From Methanocaldococcus jannaschii DSM 2661 (GTDB lineage Archaea; AGJL01; Methanococci; Methanococcales; Methanocaldococcaceae): a stretch of DNA of 32,000 bases. Shown in pieces: positions 21,894 to 28,965 of this stretch (positions are counted from its first letter, which is position 1; every line of letters starts with the position of its first letter). The notes under the pieces are model-generated. The model was not told the DNA's origin. It saw nothing but the letters and a program-made list of their open reading frames with translations, and made no database searches. Both the position numbers and the translations under genes were made by a program. The stretch spans positions 593,581-625,580 of the forward strand of contig NC_000909.1 of NCBI RefSeq assembly GCF_000091665.1, read 5' to 3'.

Positions 21894-22901
21894 TTATTCA
21901 ATCATTGAGTTTGCTATTTTTATAAGCTCATTTTTATCCAATTTTCCAGCTATTATTACTTTTATTCCATTGTATTCAAACATTAACATTTTTACATCTC
22001 CACTGTCTGAAATTAATGCTTTAACTCCATTTTTTAATGTTATTAAATTGCTACCATTTTCAGGAATCGTTAAGGGTTTGTTGTCCTTACTTTCAATAAT
22101 TGCCAACTCCCCATTTTCTCCATAAGTTAAAATTACTGTCTCTGATTCTTCATTATTGGCATTTTGTTTTGTAGCCATTGCATTCTGCAATTCAAGCCCA
22201 GCAGTGTATTTTGGAACTAAGATTTTAAAGCTAACATCCTTTTGAACTTCATCTATATTTTTTGATGTTGTCATTGCTCCAGAACTCATCAATTTAGCTC
22301 CTTCTGGAGGAACAAACTTAAATCTATCATCTGGAACATCCACATTAAATTTAACGTTCTTATATTCTATTGTTACGCCATCCATCTCTATCTTCAGAGG
22401 TTGCCAATACTCTTCATCAACATACATCTTCATCTTTTCTTCAGGGTTTTCTTTAGAAATTAGCTCTAAAACATAACATTTTCTTCCATCATAAGTTTTT
22501 TCTCCAAGGTATGAAACATTAAATTTCTCAAGCATTGATTTTATAAACTTTCCGTAGTCAGGGTTAAACATATTATTTAATTCTCCTTTAATCTCCATCT
22601 TTGTGTATTGATTTTTCTTTTTATCATACATATAGTAAGTTTTCCCATCACAGACAATTAAAACATCATCATTTTCCATATAAAACTTATTTGGCTTTTC
22701 AAATGCATATTTGTATTGCATCGTCTCTGTCTGCCCCATTATGTTCGTTGTAATTAAAACATCTGCCTCCATTGACTTCATTGCCTCATACTTCTCCTGC
22801 ATCTTCTTTGCTATCTCATCTGCATTCATCTGCTGTGTGCATCCAGCAAAGAAAACGCCAACTATTAAAAATAAAGAAAGTATTAGATATTTGTAGTTCA
22901 T
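21894..22901 (-). CDS. Secreted / lipid-anchored protein, possibly LolA-like fold
   Basis: N-terminal signal peptide ending in the lipobox-like FFAGC; the remainder is hydrophilic and beta-rich. Fold assignment is tentative. Confidence 0.45.
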   Translation of the reverse strand: MNYKYLILSLFLIVGVFFAGCTQQMNADEIAKKMQEKYEAMKSMEADVLITTNIMGQTETMQYKYAFEKPNKFYMENDDVLIVCDGKTYYMYDKKKNQYTKMEIKGELNNMFNPDYGKFIKSMLEKFNVSYLGEKTYDGRKCYVLELISKENPEEKMKMYVDEEYWQPLKIEMDGVTIEYKNVKFNVDVPDDRFKFVPPEGAKLMSSGAMTTSKNIDEVQKDVSFKILVPKYTAGLELQNAMATKQNANNEESETVILTYGENGELAIIESKDNKPLTIPENGSNLITLKNGVKALISDSGDVKMLMFEYNGIKVIIAGKLDKNELIKIANSMIE

Positions 22902-22930
22902 ATTTCCCCTCCCAGTTTAATAAAGTAAAG

Positions 22931-23042
22931 TATAGTTTCTTGCAAAACATTTTAGAATAAATAATACATTTATGAACACCTTCCAAAAGGAAGGTGTTCA
23001 AACCTTCCTTACGAACTTCAGTAACTTTTGCAAGAAACTATA
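22931..23042. repeat. Family-B palindromic element (MITE-like): perfect 17-bp terminal inverted repeats plus a central GC-rich hairpin
   Basis: TIRs are tatagtttcttgcaaaa (22931-22947) and ttttgcaagaaactata (23026-23042). Central 12-bp stem tgaacaccttcc-aaaa-ggaaggtgttca (22973-23000). A second copy lies at 26378-26484. Confidence 0.85.
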
Positions 23043-23077
23043 AAAGTCCAAATTGGACAGAATTTTTTATTTTCACA

Positions 23078-23085
23078 TTTATATT
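23078..23085 (+). promoter_or_regulatory. TATA-box-like element (tttatatt) upstream of the UPF0146 gene
   Basis: It matches the archaeal TATA consensus and lies about 37 nt upstream of the ATG at 23119. This argues against the track start at 23089, which abuts it. Confidence 0.35.
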
Positions 23086-23118
23086 TAAATGTTTCTAAAA
23101 TTTCAAAGATGTGAAAAA

Positions 23119-23532
23119 ATGAATGTTAAGATAATAGTTGAGTTTATAAAAAAGTTCGCAGAAGAAAATAACTGTAAAAAAATAGCTGAGATTGGAATTG
23201 GATTTAAATTTGATGTTGCAAGAGAATTAAGTAAATATTTCGATTTGATAGCCATAGATATTAATGAAAAAGCTATTGAAAAAGCTAAATTGTTGGGATT
23301 AAATGCTTATAAAGATGATTTATTTAATCCAAATATAAGTTTATATAAAAATATTGATTTAATATATTCCATAAGACCTCCAAGAGATTTACAGCCGTAT
23401 ATTTTAGATTTATCAAAAAAAGTTAATGCAAATTTAATTATAAGACCTCTTTTGAATGAGATGCCAATAAAAGAGCTAAAACTAAAAAACTACAAAGGAG
23501 AAGTGTTTTATATAAAAGAAAAACAAATTTAA
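23119..23532 (+). CDS. UPF0146-family protein (methyltransferase-like Rossmann fold)
   Basis: IAEIGIGFKFDVA..IAIDIN..IYSIRPP resembles the conserved archaeal UPF0146 family. I prefer the start at 23119 (MNVKII) over 23089. Confidence 0.6.
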   Translation: MNVKIIVEFIKKFAEENNCKKIAEIGIGFKFDVARELSKYFDLIAIDINEKAIEKAKLLGLNAYKDDLFNPNISLYKNIDLIYSIRPPRDLQPYILDLSKKVNANLIIRPLLNEMPIKELKLKNYKGEVFYIKEKQI

Positions 23533-23551
23533 GCTTTTAATTTCTTCCTTC
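23529..23551 (-). repeat. Displaced duplicate of the last 6 codons plus stop of rpl39e
   Basis: ttaagcttttaatttcttccttc versus 23627-23649 ttaagccttcaatttcttccttc (21/23 identical). Both encode RKKLKA*. Both mismatches are at wobble positions. Confidence 0.8.
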
Positions 23552-23626
23552 GAAACTTTTAGTAAAAGTTTCATCAAAACTCGTCCATTAAGTTAGGGCT
23601 TTCAGCCCTAATTAATGTCCATTCAC
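23552..23626 (-). repeat. Family-A modular hairpin element (two modules) between the rpl39e 3' end copies
   Basis: Module 1 is gaaacttttagtaaaagtttcatcaaaac (23552-23580). Module 2 is the bulged hairpin ccattaagttagggct-ttc-agccctaattaatg. Module 2 recurs inverted at 29669-29706. Confidence 0.85.
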
Positions 23627-23785
23627 TTAAGCCTTCAATTTCTTCCTTCTCCAGTATCTCATTTTTGGGTGGAATCTAACTCTCCCTCTTGTTTTAACAA
23701 TGACAAACAATGGAACTCTTCTATTCTGCTTTAATGCTTTAGCCAATCTTACCTTCTTTCCTAATGGCTTGTTGCTTCCCATCAT
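23627..23785 (-). CDS. rpl39e: 50S ribosomal protein L39e (52 aa; absent from the ORF track because it is under 60 aa)
   Basis: My reverse-complement translation gives [58 protein letters not shown] Shine-Dalgarno site immediately upstream. The sequence is characteristic of L39e. Confidence 0.9.
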   Translation of the reverse strand: MMGSNKPLGKKVRLAKALKQNRRVPLFVIVKTRGRVRFHPKMRYWRRKKLKA

Positions 23786-23790
23786 CTCAC

Positions 23791-24393
23791 CTAAATCTCC
23801 TTTTTTAATCCAACAACCCTTGTTTGTTTATGTTCAGGGAAATATTTCTCTGGACTTTCTCCTCTCTCCTTCAATATATGTCTAATCTCTGCCTCGTAGT
23901 CAGAGCTCAACTTAGTTCCACTTTTTATCTCTTCTAATATAAAAAATTCACTTGCTAAATGCCTCAAAGTTTTATAACCAAAACCCATTAATGGGGTTAT
24001 ATATTGGATATTTTTCCTCATCTCTAAGCTCTGAATCTCTGAATAGCTAAGCTTTGGGACTCTATCATCTCTTCTTGTCCCATCCGCTAAAATGCTATAT
24101 TCATCAGCCAAAATTTCTAAGACAGTTTTATGAACATATTGTATTGCAGGGCCAGGATATTTATGTTCAATAATCATATCAGCAGCTTTTTCAACAATTT
24201 TTCTATCGAGAGTTATAACTTTATGCTTAAATCCTAAAATTTTAGCAGTTTCTTCAGCTAATTTATAAGAGGGAATAACACCAAAATTTATAGTTATTAG
24301 ATGAGGATTGTAACCAAGTTTTTTTAATATCACTGCAGAGAGGGAGCTATCTTTCCCTCCACTAAAGAGAACATGAACATCCATAAGTTTCAC
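23791..24393 (-). CDS. PP-loop (adenine-nucleotide alpha-hydrolase superfamily) ATPase
   Basis: N-terminal SGGKDSS PP-loop. Its start overlaps the upstream stop (ATGA). It is embedded in a ribosomal-protein cluster. Confidence 0.65.
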   Translation of the reverse strand: MKLMDVHVLFSGGKDSSLSAVILKKLGYNPHLITINFGVIPSYKLAEETAKILGFKHKVITLDRKIVEKAADMIIEHKYPGPAIQYVHKTVLEILADEYSILADGTRRDDRVPKLSYSEIQSLEMRKNIQYITPLMGFGYKTLRHLASEFFILEEIKSGTKLSSDYEAEIRHILKERGESPEKYFPEHKQTRVVGLKKEI

Positions 24394-24719
24394 TTTCTAA
24401 CAATTTTAATTTCTCTCTTTCTCTTTGTCAATGCACTTATTCTCTCGAGTAAAGCTTTAAAGTCCTCATCACTCAATGGGATTGGTAATCTTCCAAGTTG
24501 AGCTAATTGGATTAGTTGGACTTCAACAGCTTCAGCAAATTCTGGTCTTGCCAATCTTATTCTCTCCAATCTCTCTCTTGCTTCAGGTGTTAATATTTTC
24601 CTTAATAAAGCTCTTTTTTGCATCTCCGCCTCTAATAATGCCTCTTCTTGCTGTTGTTGTTCAGCAAGCTTTTTTTGCAATTCAAGAAGCTTTTTTCTTT
24701 TAATTTCTTCAACATCCAT
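24390..24719 (-). CDS. PDCD5/TFAR19-family dsDNA-binding protein
   Basis: The charged helical N-terminus and ILTPEARERLERIRLARPEFA..VE..LIQLAQ are typical of the archaeal PDCD5-like 'DNA-binding protein' that commonly follows rps19e. Confidence 0.8.
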   Translation of the reverse strand: MDVEEIKRKKLLELQKKLAEQQQQEEALLEAEMQKRALLRKILTPEARERLERIRLARPEFAEAVEVQLIQLAQLGRLPIPLSDEDFKALLERISALTKRKREIKIVRK

Positions 24720-24730
24720 TTAGCATCCCC

Positions 24731-25177
24731 TTAGTATTTAGCAAGAGCAGGGATTTCATTAATTATTTCATCCCTAACCTCTTTAGCAATGTTGTCTAAG
24801 AAACTTCTTCCTTTTGGAGTAACAACTCTTCCCTCAGGTGTCTTTTCAACTAAACCTAATTTTTCTAATTCTTGTAAAGCTTTTCTAATGATGTTTCCAC
24901 TACCTTTGTAGAAGTGTTCTGGTTCATGACCTCTGTTTTTTCTTCCTCCGTAAGCAGTTCTTAATCTTGAAACACCTACTGGGCCGTAAATATAGATTTT
25001 TCTTAAGATTGATGCACACCTTATATACCACCAGTCATCTTGGTCTGGTCTTCTCTCTCTGCTAACTCCTGTCTTAACAAAATCTACCCATTCTGGAACT
25101 CCTATATTCATCTCTTTTAATTTCTCAGCTGTCTTCTGAATTAACTTATCAGCTGGAACATCATAGACAGTTACCAT
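24731..25177 (-). CDS. rps19e: 30S ribosomal protein S19e
   Basis: [20 protein letters not shown]..[19 protein letters not shown]..GGRKNRG is conserved S19e sequence. GAGGTG Shine-Dalgarno site upstream. Confidence 0.95.
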   Translation of the reverse strand: MVTVYDVPADKLIQKTAEKLKEMNIGVPEWVDFVKTGVSRERRPDQDDWWYIRCASILRKIYIYGPVGVSRLRTAYGGRKNRGHEPEHFYKGSGNIIRKALQELEKLGLVEKTPEGRVVTPKGRSFLDNIAKEVRDEIINEIPALAKY

Positions 25178-25425
25178 TTTTGCACCTCTCTTAATTATTT
25201 TTTAATTAATTTATTTTGATTTTCTTTCTAATCTATTTATTTTGTGTTTAAGATTATGAGTTTTTGTAGCATAAAATCTATTTAAGGATATGTAGTTTAA
25301 ACCAATAAAACAAGCTTAGTATTAATTTGATTAGGTTATATTTATATCTTATTATTATCGATAGATACATCTTTAGGTTTAAAATTTAACTCTATAAAAA
25401 AGAGAAGAGAGTTAAATATAAAAAA

Positions 25426-25449
25426 TGGAGCCGGGGGTGAAATTTAAAC
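25426..25449 (-). repeat. Displaced duplicate of the 3' 24 nt of tRNA-Cys (CCA, discriminator, acceptor 3' strand, part of the T arm)
   Basis: tggagccgggggtgaaatttaaac versus 25580-25603 tggagccgggggtgggatttgaac (21/24 identical; the three differences are G-to-A in the displaced copy). Confidence 0.85.
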
Positions 25450-25579
25450 GAAACTTTTAGTAAAAGTTTCATCAAAACGGATGCATTGCTTCCTAACGGA
25501 AGCAATGCCTCTTAATTTACACCTCCGAGCGTAAGCGAGGAGGTGTCAGATTTTGATGAAACTTTCTTAAAGTTTCAAA
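25450..25579 (-). repeat. Family-A element, full-length 130-nt version: two hairpin-forming terminal inverted repeats flanking two GC-rich hairpins
   Basis: Left TIR gaaacttttagtaaaagtttcatcaaaac (25450-25478). Right TIR gattttgatgaaactttcttaaagtttc (25549-25576/7). Internal hairpins are gcattgcttcc-taac-ggaagcaatgc and acacctcc-(12 nt)-ggaggtgt. Confidence 0.9.
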
Positions 25580-25654
25580 TGGAGCCGGGGGTGGGATTTG
25601 AACCCACGTAAGGCGGATCTGCAGTCCGCTGCCTAGCCCCTAGACTACCCCGGC
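25580..25654 (-). tRNA. tRNA-Cys (anticodon GCA), CCA encoded
   Basis: Manual cloverleaf: acceptor GCCGGGG/CCCCGGC, D stem GTCT/AGGC, anticodon stem GCGGA/TCCGC with loop CTGCAGA, variable loop CTTAC, T stem GTGGG/CCCAC with loop TTCAAAT, discriminator U73 (a tRNA-Cys identity element). 75 nt. Confidence 0.93.
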
Positions 25655-25683
25655 TCTTTCAAAACCTATGAGTTGCATACATA

Positions 25684-25707
25684 AACTATATAGAGGTAGT
25701 ATATAAA
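25684..25707 (-). promoter_or_regulatory. Candidate tRNA-Cys promoter (TATA-like elements)
   Basis: The minus strand reads tttatata (25707-25700) and ctatatag (about 25694-25687), 30-50 nt upstream of tRNA position 1. I cannot say which one is used. Confidence 0.3.
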
Positions 25708-25717
25708 TTTTATGGTT

Positions 25718-26335
25718 TTAACTTTTATAGTATTTGCTCCACAATATTCTTAAACATTCAATAACCATCCTTTTAGCAATCTCATCTAATGTATATGGTG
25801 TTATTGGCTCAAAATCTCTGATAAATTTCTCAGTTCCTACAACTATATGCCCCTCTTCATCTAAATTTAAAAATTTGGCTGGGCCTTTTGCATATTTGGC
25901 ATCACAAACCTTTATTTTTTCTTCTATACCAAATACCCCATTAGTTCCTATTGTTTTAATTCCTCTCTCTTTACAGTAGTTTATGATTGCCTTTGTTGTT
26001 GGGATTGTATCTCCACCAGCTATACATATCACTGCTACATCTCCCTTAATTAAATGAAGATTATCTTTAGTTATATTTTCTCTAAATGCCTCAACTCTAT
26101 TTCCAAAAAATCTCTTTATAAAATCTACTTTGTATTCCCCAACCTTTCCCCCTAATCTTCTATGGACAATATCATTTTCTTCTATTTTGGCATTATCAAA
26201 AACATAAACTTTTTCTACCCCACCTCTATGAACTTCTAATAAATCAAAAGCTACTCTAACACCCAATCTTCCGCATCCAATTATTGAAACTTCTCCTTTT
26301 GGCTTTAATTTTCTCTCCATCTCTTCAACGTTCAT
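25718..26335 (-). CDS. Rossmann-fold protein, ThiF/MoeB (E1-like) family-like
   Basis: VSIIGCGRLGVRVAFDL..VYVFDNAKIEENDIVHRRL resembles the E1-like GxGxxG / DxDxVExSNLxR pattern. I moved the start to 26335 (MNVEEMERK) because the track's first 36 codons lie inside the family-B repeat. Confidence 0.4.
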   Translation of the reverse strand: MNVEEMERKLKPKGEVSIIGCGRLGVRVAFDLLEVHRGGVEKVYVFDNAKIEENDIVHRRLGGKVGEYKVDFIKRFFGNRVEAFRENITKDNLHLIKGDVAVICIAGGDTIPTTKAIINYCKERGIKTIGTNGVFGIEEKIKVCDAKYAKGPAKFLNLDEEGHIVVGTEKFIRDFEPITPYTLDEIAKRMVIECLRILWSKYYKS

Positions 26336-26377
26336 AAATATCCCATCCAAACAGAACTTTTTTAGTAAGAAAGTATA

Positions 26378-26484
26378 ATAGTTTTTTGCAAAGTTATTAA
26401 AATTTATTAAGGAACATTGAACGCCTTCAAAGAAGGCGTTCATTATTATGCTTTACTAATATAAGACATTTTGCAAAAAACTAT
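26378..26484. repeat. Family-B palindromic element, second copy
   Basis: Perfect 15-bp TIRs atagttttttgcaaa (26378-26392) and tttgcaaaaaactat (26470-26484). Central hairpin tgaacgccttc-aaa-gaaggcgttca (26418-26442). Confidence 0.85.
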
Positions 26485-26542
26485 TTATTTAAGAAAATTT
26501 TAATGTTGTTCTATATATAAAAACTTATCAGGGGGGATTATT

Positions 26543-27787
26543 TTGATTTATGTTACTTTTACACCTTATGGAGCTTTTGGAGTTAAAGATAATAAAGAAG
26601 TTAGCGGATTGGAAGATATAGAGTATAAAAAATTGTTTAATGAGGAAGAAATTCCAGATATAATGTTTAAATTAAAAACTCAGCCAAATAAAATAGCAGA
26701 TGAGTTAAAAGAGGAATGGGGAGATGAGATTAAATTAGAAACACTTAGCACTGAACCATTCAATATAGGGGAGTTTTTAAGAAACAACTTATTTAAAGTT
26801 GGAAAAGAATTGGGATACTTCAACAACTATGATGAATTTAGAAAGAAGATGCATTATTGGAGCACTGAGCTAACAAAGAAAGTTATAAAGAGCTATGCTC
26901 AACAAAAGGATAAAATCATTATTCAAGTTGCAGAGGCAATATCTGATTTGGATAAAACTCTAAACTTGTTATCTGAGAGATTGAGAGAGTGGTATTCCCT
27001 CTACTTCCCAGAGTTAGACCACTTAGTTAATAAACATGAAGTTTATGCTAACCTAATAACAAAATTAGGAAAAAGGAAAAACTTTACCAAGAGTCAGCTA
27101 AAAAAAATCCTTCCTTCAAAATTAGCTGGGAAAATTGCTGAAGCCGCAAAAAATTCAATGGGAGGAGAATTGGAAGATTATGATTTAGATGTTATTGTTA
27201 AATTTGCTGAGGAAATAAATCACCTATATGAAAAAAGGAAGGAGCTATATAACTATTTAGAAAAATTGATGAACGAAGAAGCTCCAAATATTACAAAACT
27301 TGCTGGTGTTTCCTTAGGAGCGAGATTAATAGGTTTAGCTGGAGGATTGGAGAAATTGGCTAAGATGCCTGCTTCAACAATACAAGTTTTAGGTGCTGAG
27401 AAGGCTTTATTTGCCCATTTAAGGATGGGTGTGGAGCCTCCAAAACATGGTATAATATATAATCACCCTTTAATTCAAGGTTCTCCACACTGGCAAAGAG
27501 GGAAAATAGCAAGAGCTTTAGCATGTAAATTGGCTATAGCTGCAAGAGCTGATTATGTTGGGGATTATATTGCAGATGAACTTTTAGAAAAGTTAAATAA
27601 GAGAGTTGAAGAGATTAGAAGAAAGTATCCAAAACCACCAAAGAAAAAGAAGAAAGAGAAACCTAAAGCAAAGAAAAAAGAAAAGAAAGGTAAGAAAGAA
27701 AAATCAAAGAAAAAAAAGGATAAGAAAAAAGATAAAAAAGGTAAAAAAGAAAGGAAAGTTATAGGAAAAACAAAGAGTAGGAAATAA
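26543..27787 (+). CDS. nop5: Nop5 (Nop56/58 homologue), C/D box sRNP core protein, with a long Lys-rich C-terminal tail
   Basis: NOP domain (GVSLGARLIGLAGGLEKLAKMPASTIQVLGAEKALF, PKHGIIYNHP, GKIARALACKLAIAARAD). TTG start preceded by GGGGGG. The last ~65 aa are a KKE/KKD low-complexity region. Confidence 0.95.
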   Translation: MIYVTFTPYGAFGVKDNKEVSGLEDIEYKKLFNEEEIPDIMFKLKTQPNKIADELKEEWGDEIKLETLSTEPFNIGEFLRNNLFKVGKELGYFNNYDEFRKKMHYWSTELTKKVIKSYAQQKDKIIIQVAEAISDLDKTLNLLSERLREWYSLYFPELDHLVNKHEVYANLITKLGKRKNFTKSQLKKILPSKLAGKIAEAAKNSMGGELEDYDLDVIVKFAEEINHLYEKRKELYNYLEKLMNEEAPNITKLAGVSLGARLIGLAGGLEKLAKMPASTIQVLGAEKALFAHLRMGVEPPKHGIIYNHPLIQGSPHWQRGKIARALACKLAIAARADYVGDYIADELLEKLNKRVEEIRRKYPKPPKKKKKEKPKAKKKEKKGKKEKSKKKKDKKKDKKGKKERKVIGKTKSRK

Positions 27788-27892
27788 TTACTTTTTACGA
27801 TTTTTATTTTTTTCACGATAATGGACATACAGAACATACAATAATGCATCTATAACTACAATAGCAGTTGATATAATCCACATTTTATCCAT
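27788..27892 (-). CDS. Candidate 34-aa single-pass membrane micro-protein
   Basis: MDKMWIISTAIVVIDALLYVLYVHYREKNKNRKK*, a hydrophobic helix plus a basic tail. GGGAGA Shine-Dalgarno site between it and the upstream stop at 27902. Below the ORF-track cutoff. Confidence 0.3.
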   Translation of the reverse strand: MDKMWIISTAIVVIDALLYVLYVHYREKNKNRKK

Positions 27893-27901
27893 ATTCTCCC
27901 A

Positions 27902-28228
27902 TTATTTTTGTCTTAGATGCTTTTCTATTATACCTTCAAGCTCTTCATCATATCTTAGGTAAATGTCTCTTACAAATATCAATCTAATTATTAATGGAAA
28001 TTTGCTAATTAATCTTATATATTTGTCTTCTATTTTATAGCCTTTAAATTCATCCCATTTATAAAAAGAAAATCCACATTCAATTCCATTCTCATAAATA
28101 TTAATTTTAACATTAATTAAAGAGTCAAAAATATCAAAAAGTGCGAGTTCTTCAAATGCTAAAACTTTCATAATAAAATTTGGAATAAATAAAAAGCTTT
28201 TTCCAAATCTAAATTCCCATAAGTTCAT
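27902..28228 (-). CDS. Small hypothetical protein, paralogue of the C-terminal domain of the 182-aa neighbour
   Basis: ..YKWDEFKGYKIEDKYIRL..IYLRYDEELEGIIEKHL aligns by eye with ..ISWKNIENVKKDDGFIVL..IYLKYDEEIENIIKNQI of 28349-28897. Possibly a bacterial-PH-like domain. Confidence 0.5.
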   Translation of the reverse strand: MNLWEFRFGKSFLFIPNFIMKVLAFEELALFDIFDSLINVKINIYENGIECGFSFYKWDEFKGYKIEDKYIRLISKFPLIIRLIFVRDIYLRYDEELEGIIEKHLRQK

Positions 28229-28352
28229 TTAAGCTTTTTAGTAATTTTCCTCTATTAATTGATAAAAATTTTATAAAATCCCAAAATCCAAAGACAATCA
28301 ATCCCATGAGATAAATTAAAGTTATTGCTAAAATACATAACAAAAAATTCAT
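28209..28352 (-). CDS. Candidate 47-aa membrane micro-protein, translationally coupled to the upstream gene
   Basis: MNFLLCILAITLIYLMGLIVFGFWDFIKFLSINRGKLLKSLNELMGI*. The ATG overlaps the upstream TGA (ATGA at 28349-28352). Its 3' end overlaps the next ORF by 20 nt. Confidence 0.3.
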   Translation of the reverse strand: MNFLLCILAITLIYLMGLIVFGFWDFIKFLSINRGKLLKSLNELMGI

Positions 28353-28897
28353 GCTTTATCCCTAAATTTTTCTATCTGGTTTTTAATGATGTTTTCAATT
28401 TCTTCATCATATTTTAAATAAATTCTTTGAAGTAAGTAAAGTTTTCGTCCTAATATTTTCTTTTTCTTTCCGAACAATACGATAAACCCATCATCTTTTT
28501 TAACATTCTCAATATTTTTCCAACTTATAAATTTATTACTATAATAAATTCCATCATCACACAAATAGACAGAAATTTCTTTGTTAAATGCTTTCCATAT
28601 AATAATCATTGATATAATAATAAGAATTTCTGCAATTATTGAAGTTATTGAAACTGGACAATTATAAACCACATACAATAAAATATTAAAGGAAATTAAA
28701 GCAATAATCATAAATCCAAACAATATAGGCATTGCTTTCTTATCAAACTCTGCCTTTTTACCTTCAATCAAATTAAGATAGTGCATTTTAACTCTTTTAA
28801 AAATCCTACTTTTAATTTTTGGTTGCATATTTGTTATTTTATAGGAGATAAAGCTATTAATTAAAAATGCAATTGCAATAAATAGTATAGACTCCAC
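28349..28897 (-). CDS. Hypothetical membrane protein (about 3 TM helices plus a soluble C-terminal domain)
   Basis: Hydrophobic segments at residues about 1-20, 55-80 and 83-103. The C-terminal domain is paralogous to 27902-28228. Confidence 0.55.
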   Translation of the reverse strand: MESILFIAIAFLINSFISYKITNMQPKIKSRIFKRVKMHYLNLIEGKKAEFDKKAMPILFGFMIIALISFNILLYVVYNCPVSITSIIAEILIIISMIIIWKAFNKEISVYLCDDGIYYSNKFISWKNIENVKKDDGFIVLFGKKKKILGRKLYLLQRIYLKYDEEIENIIKNQIEKFRDKA

Positions 28898-28965
28898 AAT
28901 ACCACCATATATGCATATAAGTTATTATTTATATTGCATTAGATTTATTATTTTTTGGTGATAAA

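Noticed and set aside
22931-23042. A target-site duplication for the family-B elements ('aaag' on both sides of copy 1).
   Set aside because: Copy 2 (26378-26484) does not show the same flank, and in such AT-rich sequence a 4-nt match is not meaningful.
23700-23885. A 61-aa plus-strand ORF.
   Set aside because: It overlaps the clearly recognisable rpl39e on the opposite strand and the end of the PP-loop ATPase gene.
26336-26443. An N-terminal 36-codon extension of the ThiF-like ORF.
   Set aside because: It falls inside the family-B palindromic repeat, and its ATG is within the hairpin. The internal ATG at 26335 is more plausible. The extension is not formally excluded.
27565-27849. A 94-aa minus-strand ORF rich in F/S/L.
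   Set aside because: It is the antisense reading of the Lys/Glu-rich nop5 tail (aag/aaa read as ctt/ttt). Only its last part (27788-27892, in a different ORF) looks like a plausible small gene.
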